Source of the DNA: the human T2T-CHM13v2.0 reference genome, Homo sapiens
Assembly: GCF_009914755.1 (NCBI RefSeq)
Contig: NC_060926.1
Length of the DNA: 64,000 nucleotides
Direction: 5' to 3' (one strand)
In this document: positions 57,801-64,000 of the stretch, one piece after another
Numbering within the stretch: the stretch's first letter is position 1
Layout: each line of letters opens with the position of its first letter
The notes under the pieces: model-generated
The model's input: the letters and a program-made list of their open reading frames with translations, nothing else
Databases searched by the model: none
Told to the model about the DNA's origin: nothing
Position numbers and translations under genes: made by a program

Positions 57801-60800
57801 GAGTTACACCTTTCCTTATATAGAGCAGATTTGAAACACTCTTCTTGTAGAATTTACAAGAGGATATTTGGACAGCATTGAGGATTTCGTTGAAAAGGGG
57901 AATATCTTCGCATAAAACTAGACAGAAGCATTCCCAGAAACTTCTTGTGATGTTTGCATTCAACTCACAAAGTGGAACGTTACTTTTCATAGAGCAGTTT
58001 TGAAACACTCTTTTTGTAGAATCTATAAGGGGAAAGTTGGAACGCTTTGAGGCCCATGGTGAAACAGGAAATATCTTCCCATAAAAACTAGACAGAAGAA
58101 TTCTCAGAAACTTCCTTTTGATGGGTGTACTCAACTCACAGAATTGAACTTTTCTTTTGATAGAGCAGAGTTGAAACATTCTTTTTGTCAAAATCGGCAA
58201 GTGGATATAGGGATACCTTTGAGAATTTCATTGGAAACTGGATTATCTTCACATAAAAACTAGACAGAAGCATTCTCAGAAACTTCTTTGTGATGTTTGC
58301 ATTAATCTCACAGAGTTGAACATTACCTTTCAGTTAGCAGATTTGAAACCCTCTTTTTGTAGTTTCTGGAAGTGGACATTTGGAGCGCTTTGAGGCCTAT
58401 CATGAAAAAAGAAACACCTTCTCATAAAAATTAGACAGAAGCATTCTCAGAAACTTCTTTATGATGTGTTTACTCAACTGTCAGAATTGAACCTTTCTTT
58501 TGATACAGCACTTTTGAAACACTCTTTTTGTAGAATCTGCAAGTGGATATTTGGATAGCTTTGAGGCTTTCTTTGGAAATGGGAATATCTTCACATAAAA
58601 ACTAGACAGAAGCATTCTCAGAAACTTCTTTGTGATGCTTTCATTCAACTCACGGAGCTGAACATTCCTTTTCATAGAGCAGTTTTGTAACACTCTTTTT
58701 GTATATCTGCAAGTGGAAACTTGGTGAACTTAGAAGTCTATGGTGAAAAAAGAAATATCTTCCCATAAAAACTAGACAGAAGAATTCTCAGAAACTTCTT
58801 TGTGATGTGTGTACTCAACTCACAGATTTGAACTTTTCTTTTGATAGAGCAGTTTTGAGACACTCTTTTTGTACAATCTGCAAGTGGATATTTGGGTAGC
58901 TTTGAGGATTTTGTTGGAAACGGGTATATCTTCACATAAAAACTAGAAAGAAGCATTATCAGAAACTTCTTTGTGATGTTTCTATTCAACTCACAGAGTT
59001 GAACCTTCCCTTTCATAGAGCAGTTTTGAAGCACTCTTTTTGTATTATCTGGAAGTGGACATTTGGAGCACTTTGAGGCCTGTGGTAAAAAGAATTATCT
59101 TCACATAATAACTAGTTAGAAGCATTCTCAGAAACACCTTTGTGGTATGTGTACTGAACTCACCCAGTTGAAGCTTTCTTTTGATACAGCAGTTTTGAAT
59201 CACTCTTTTTGTAGAATCTGCAAGTGGATATTTTGATAGCTTTGTGGTTTTGTTGGAAACGGGAATAGCTTCACACAAAAACTTCACAGAAGCATTCTGA
59301 GAAACTTCTTTCTGATGTGTGTACTCAACTCACAGAGTTGAATTTTTCTTTTGATACGCAAGTTTTGAAACACTCTTTTTGTAGAATCTGCAAGTGGATA
59401 TTTGGATAGCTTTGAGGCTTTCGTTGGAAACGGGAATATCTTCACATAAAAACTAGACAAAAGCATTCTCAGAAACTTCTTTGTGATGATTGCATTCAAC
59501 TCACAGAGTTGAACATTCCTTTTCATAGAACAGTTTTTAAACACACTTTTTGTAGAATCTGCAAGTGGCCATTTGGTGTGATTTGAGACCTATGGTGAAA
59601 AAGGAAATATCTTCACGTAAAAAGTAGACAGAAGCATTCTCAGAAACTACTTTGTGATGTGTGTACTCAATTCACAGAGTTAAACATTTTTCTTAGATAC
59701 AGCAGTTTTTAACCACTCTTCTTGTAGAATTTACAAGTGGATGTTAGGACAGCATTGAGGATTTCGTTGGAAACGGGAATACCTTCAGATAAAAACCAGA
59801 CTGAAGCATTCTCAGAAACTACTTTGTGAGGTTTGCATTCAACTCTCAGATTTGAAAATTCCCTTTCATGGAGAAGTTTTCAAACACTCTTTTTTTAGAA
59901 TCTGCAAGTGGATATTTGGATAGCTTTGAGGATATCGTTGGAAACGGGAATATCTTCAAATAAAATCTAGACAGAAGCATTCTCAGAAACATCTCTATGA
60001 TGTTTGCATTCAAGTCACAGAGTTGAACATTCCCTTTCATAGAGCAGGGTTGAAACACTGATTTTGTAATATCTGGAACTAGACATTTGGAGCGCTTTGT
60101 GGCCTATGGTGAAAAAGGAAATATCTTTCCATTAAAAACTAGACAGAAGAATTCTCAGAAATATCTTCATGATGTGTGTACTCAACTCACCGAGTTGAAG
60201 CTTTCTTTTGATACAGCAGTTTTGAAACACTCTTTTTGTAGAATCTGCAAGTGGATATTTGGATAGGTTTCTGGTTTTGTTGGAAACGGGAATAGCTTCA
60301 CATAAAAGCTACACAGAAGCATTCTGAGAAACTTCTTTTTGATGTGTGTACTCAACTCACAGACGTGAACCTTTCTTTTGATACACAACTTTTGAAACAC
60401 TCTTTTTGTAGAATCTGCAAGTGGCCATTTTGTGCGATTTGAGACCTGTGGTGAAAAAGGAAATATCTTCACAAAAAAAGTAGACAGAAGCATTCTCAGA
60501 AACTACTTTGTGATGTGTGTACTCAACTCGCAGAGTTAAATCTTTCCTTTGGTACAGCAGTTTTGAAACACTCTTCTTGTAGTATTTACAAGTGGATATT
60601 AGGACAGCTTTGAGGATTTCGTTGGAAACGGGAATATCTTCACATAAAACTAGACAGAGGCATTCTCAGAAACTTATTTCTGGTGTGTGCATTCAAATCA
60701 CAGTCTTGAAACTTTCTTTTGATAAAGCAGATTGGAAAAACTCTTTTGTTGTATCTGTAAGTGGACATTTGGAACGATTTGAGATCCTTGGTGGAAAAGG

Positions 60801-63800
60801 AATTATCCTCACATAACAAATAGGCAGAAAAATTCTTAGAAATTTCTTTGTGATGTGTGTACTCAACTCACAGAGTTAAACCTTTCCTTTGATACAGCAG
60901 TTTTGAAAAATTCTTCATGTAGAATCTGCAAGTGGACATTTGGAGTGATATGAGACCTATGGTTGAAAAGTAAATATCTTCACATAAAAAGTAGACAGAA
61001 GAATTCTTACAAATTACATTGTGATGTGTGTACTCAAGTGACAGAGTTAAACCTTTCCTTTGATACAGCAGTTTTGAAACACTCTTCTAGTGGAATTTAC
61101 AAGTGGATATTAACACAGCACTGAGGATTTCATTGGAAACAGGAATATCGTCTCATACAACTAGACAGAAGCATTCTCAGAAACTTCTTTGTGATGTGTG
61201 CATTCAGCTCACAGAGCTGAAACATTCTTTTGATGAAGCAGACTGGAAACACTCTTTTTGTAGAATGTGCAAGTGGATATTTTGACTGCTTTGACGTTTT
61301 TACTGGAAACGGGTTGATCTTCACATAAAAACAAGACAGAAGCATTCTCAGAAACTTCTATGTGATGCTTGCATTCAACTCACAGAGTTGAACATTCCTT
61401 TACATTGAGCAGTTTTGAAACACTCTTTTTGTAGGATCTGTAAGTTGAAACTTGGAGCGCTTTGAGGCCTATGATGAAAAAGGAGATATCTTCCCATAAA
61501 AGCTAGACACAAGAATTCTAAGAAACTTCTTTGTGATGTGCATACTCAACTCACAGAGTTGAACTTTTCTTTTGATAGAGCAGTTTTGAGAAACTCTTTT
61601 TGTAGAATCTCCAAGTCAACATTTGGTGCGATTTGAGACCTATGGTGAAAAAGGAAATATCTTCACCTAAAAAGTAGACAGAAGCATTCTCAGAAACTAA
61701 TTTGTGATTTGTGTACTCAACTCACGGATTTAAACCTTTCCTTTGTTGGAGCACTTTTGAAACACACTTCTTGTAGAATTTACATGTCGATATTTAGACA
61801 GCATTGATGTTTTCGTTGGAAAAGGGAATATCTTCACATAAAACTAGACAGAAGCATTCTCAGGAACTTCTTTGTGATGTGTGCATTCAACTCACAGAGT
61901 TGAAATTTTCCTTTGATAGAGCAGATTGGAAAGACTCTTTTTGTCGAATTTCCAAGTGGATATTTGGACAGCTTTAAGGACTTCACTGGAAACGGATATA
62001 TCTTCACATAAAAACTAGACAGAAGCATTCTCAGAAACTTCTTTGTGATGCTTGCATTCAACTCACAGAGTTGAACATTCCTTTTCATAGAGCAGTTTTG
62101 AAAAACAGTTTTTGTAGAATCTGTAAATGGAAACTTTGAGTGCTTTGAGGCCTATGGTGAAAAAGGAAATATCTTCCCATAATAACTAGACAGAAGAATT
62201 CTCAGACACTTCGTTGTGATGTGTGCACTCAAATCACAGAATTGAACTTCTCTTTTGATAGAGAAGTTTTTAAACACTCTTTTTGTAGGATCCGCAAGTG
62301 GATATTTGGATAGCTTTGAGGATTTTGTTGCAGACGTGAATACCTTCACATAAAAACTAGACAGAAGCATTCTCAGAAACTTCTTTGTGATGTTTGCATT
62401 CATCTCACAGAGTTGAACTTTCCCTTTCCTAGAGCAGTTTTGGAAAACTCTTTTTGTAGTATCTGCAAGTGGACATTTGGAGCGCTTTGAGGCCTATGGT
62501 GAAAAAGGAAATATCTTCCCATAAAAACTACACAGAAGCATTCTCAGAAACTTCTTTGTGATGTGTGAACTCAACTCACAGAGCTAAAACTTTCTTTTGA
62601 TACAGCAGTTTTTAAACACTGTTCTTGTAGAATTTACAACTGGATATTAGGGCAGCATTGAGGATTTCATGGGAAACGGGAATATCTTCACATAAAACTA
62701 GACAGAAGCATTCTCAGAAGCTGCTTTTTGATGTGTGTTTTCAACTCAAAGAGTTGAATCTTTCTTTCGATAGAGCAGATTGGAAACAGTCTTTTTGTAC
62801 AATTTGCAAGCGGATGTTTGGATAACTTTGAGGCCTTTGCTGTAAACGGGAATATCTTCACATAAAAACTAGACAGAAGCATTCTCAGAAACTTCTTTGT
62901 GATGTTTGCATTCATCTCCTAGAGTTGAACATTAGCTTTTATACAGCAGATTGGAAACACTCTTTTTGGAGTATTTGGAATTGGACATTTGGAGCGCTTT
63001 GAGGCCTATGGAGAAAAAAGGAAATATCTTCACAGAAAAACTAGACAGAAGCATTCTCAGAAACTGCTTTGTGATGCTTGCAATCAACTCACAGAGTTGA
63101 ACATTCCTTTTCATAGAGCAGTTTTGAAACACTCTTTTTGTTGAATCTGTAAGTTGAAACTTGAAACACTTTGAGGCGTATGGTGAAAAAGGAGGTATCT
63201 TCCCATGAAAACTAGACACAAGAATTCTAAGAAACTGATTTCTGATGTGTGTACTCAACTCACAGAGTTGAACTTTTCTTTTAATAGAGCAGTTTTGAAA
63301 CACTCTTTTTTTGTAGAATCTGCAAGTGGATATTTGGATAGCTTTGAAGATTTCGTTGGAAAGGGGAATATCTTCACATAAAAACTAGACAGAAGCATTC
63401 TCAGAAACTTCTTTGTGATGTTTGCATTCATCTCCTAGAATTCAACATTCTCTTTTATAGAGCAATTGGAAACACTCTTTTTGGAGTATTTGAAATTGGA
63501 CATTTGGAGCACTTTGAGGCCTATGGTGAAAAAGGAAATATCTTCACAGCAAAACTAGACAGAAGCATTCTCAGAAACCTTTTGTGATGTGCGTACTCCA
63601 ACTCACAGAGTTGAACCTTTCTTTTGATACAGCAGTTTTGAAACACTCTTTTTATAGAATCTGCAAGTTGATATTTGGATAGATTGACGCTTTCCTTGGA
63701 AACGGGAATATCTTCACATAAAAACTACACAGAAGCATTCTCCGAAACTTCTTTGTGATGCTTTCATTCAACTCACTGAGTTGAACATTCCTTTTCATAG

Positions 63801-64000
63801 AGCAGTTTTGCAACACTCTTTTTGTAGAATCTATAAATGGAAACTTGGAGCGCTTTGAGGTGTACGGTGAAAAAGGAAATATCTTCCCATAAAAACTAGA
63901 CAGAAGAATTCTCAGAAACTTCATTGTGATTTGTGTACTCAACTCACAGAGTTGAACTTTTCTTTTGATGAGCAGTTTTGAGGCATGCTTTTTGTAGAAT
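54869..64000. repeat. Alpha satellite, SF2-like diverged higher-order repeat domain
   Basis: GTGTACTCAACTC, GGATAGCTTTGAGGATTTCGTTGGAAACGGG and TATGGTGAAAAAGG; recurring monomer classes; CENP-B box cores at 55011, 55181, 56862, 57203, 57545, 59419, 59762 and 60617. Confidence 0.92.

Overview
Primate (very probably human) pericentromeric DNA covering the junction between a chromosome-arm or segmental-duplication block and alpha satellite. It is not prokaryotic, and I see no intact host protein-coding gene, RNA gene or CRISPR array. 1-26.3 kb is AT-rich, repeat-dense sequence: 19 Alu copies or fragments, MIR, L2, old L1M, an MLT1 LTR, two very old ERVL pol remnants, and a 5'-truncated L1PA2/3 with a 15-bp target-site duplication (TSD). 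At ~26.3 kb a ~110-bp remnant of the 48-bp CER satellite cuts through an ERVL reverse transcriptase and joins 171-bp alpha satellite, which runs in one orientation to the window end. The alpha array is layered: A-type monomers with no CENP-B box seen (26.4-34.3 kb), mixed A/B SF5-like monomers interleaved with A-type blocks (34.3-48.9 kb), and an SF2-like diverged higher-order repeat (HOR) domain (54.9-64 kb). It carries a full-length SVA (probably SVA_E, perfect 15-bp TSD) and a full-length L1PA2-like element with broken ORF1/ORF2 but an intact antisense ORF0. I did not find a new biological system. The most interesting signals are structural: the TSD-less L1 sits exactly at a switch between satellite families, and short duplications abut register breaks in the satellite. 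Subfamily names come from recalled diagnostic motifs and were not computed; many boundaries are approximate.
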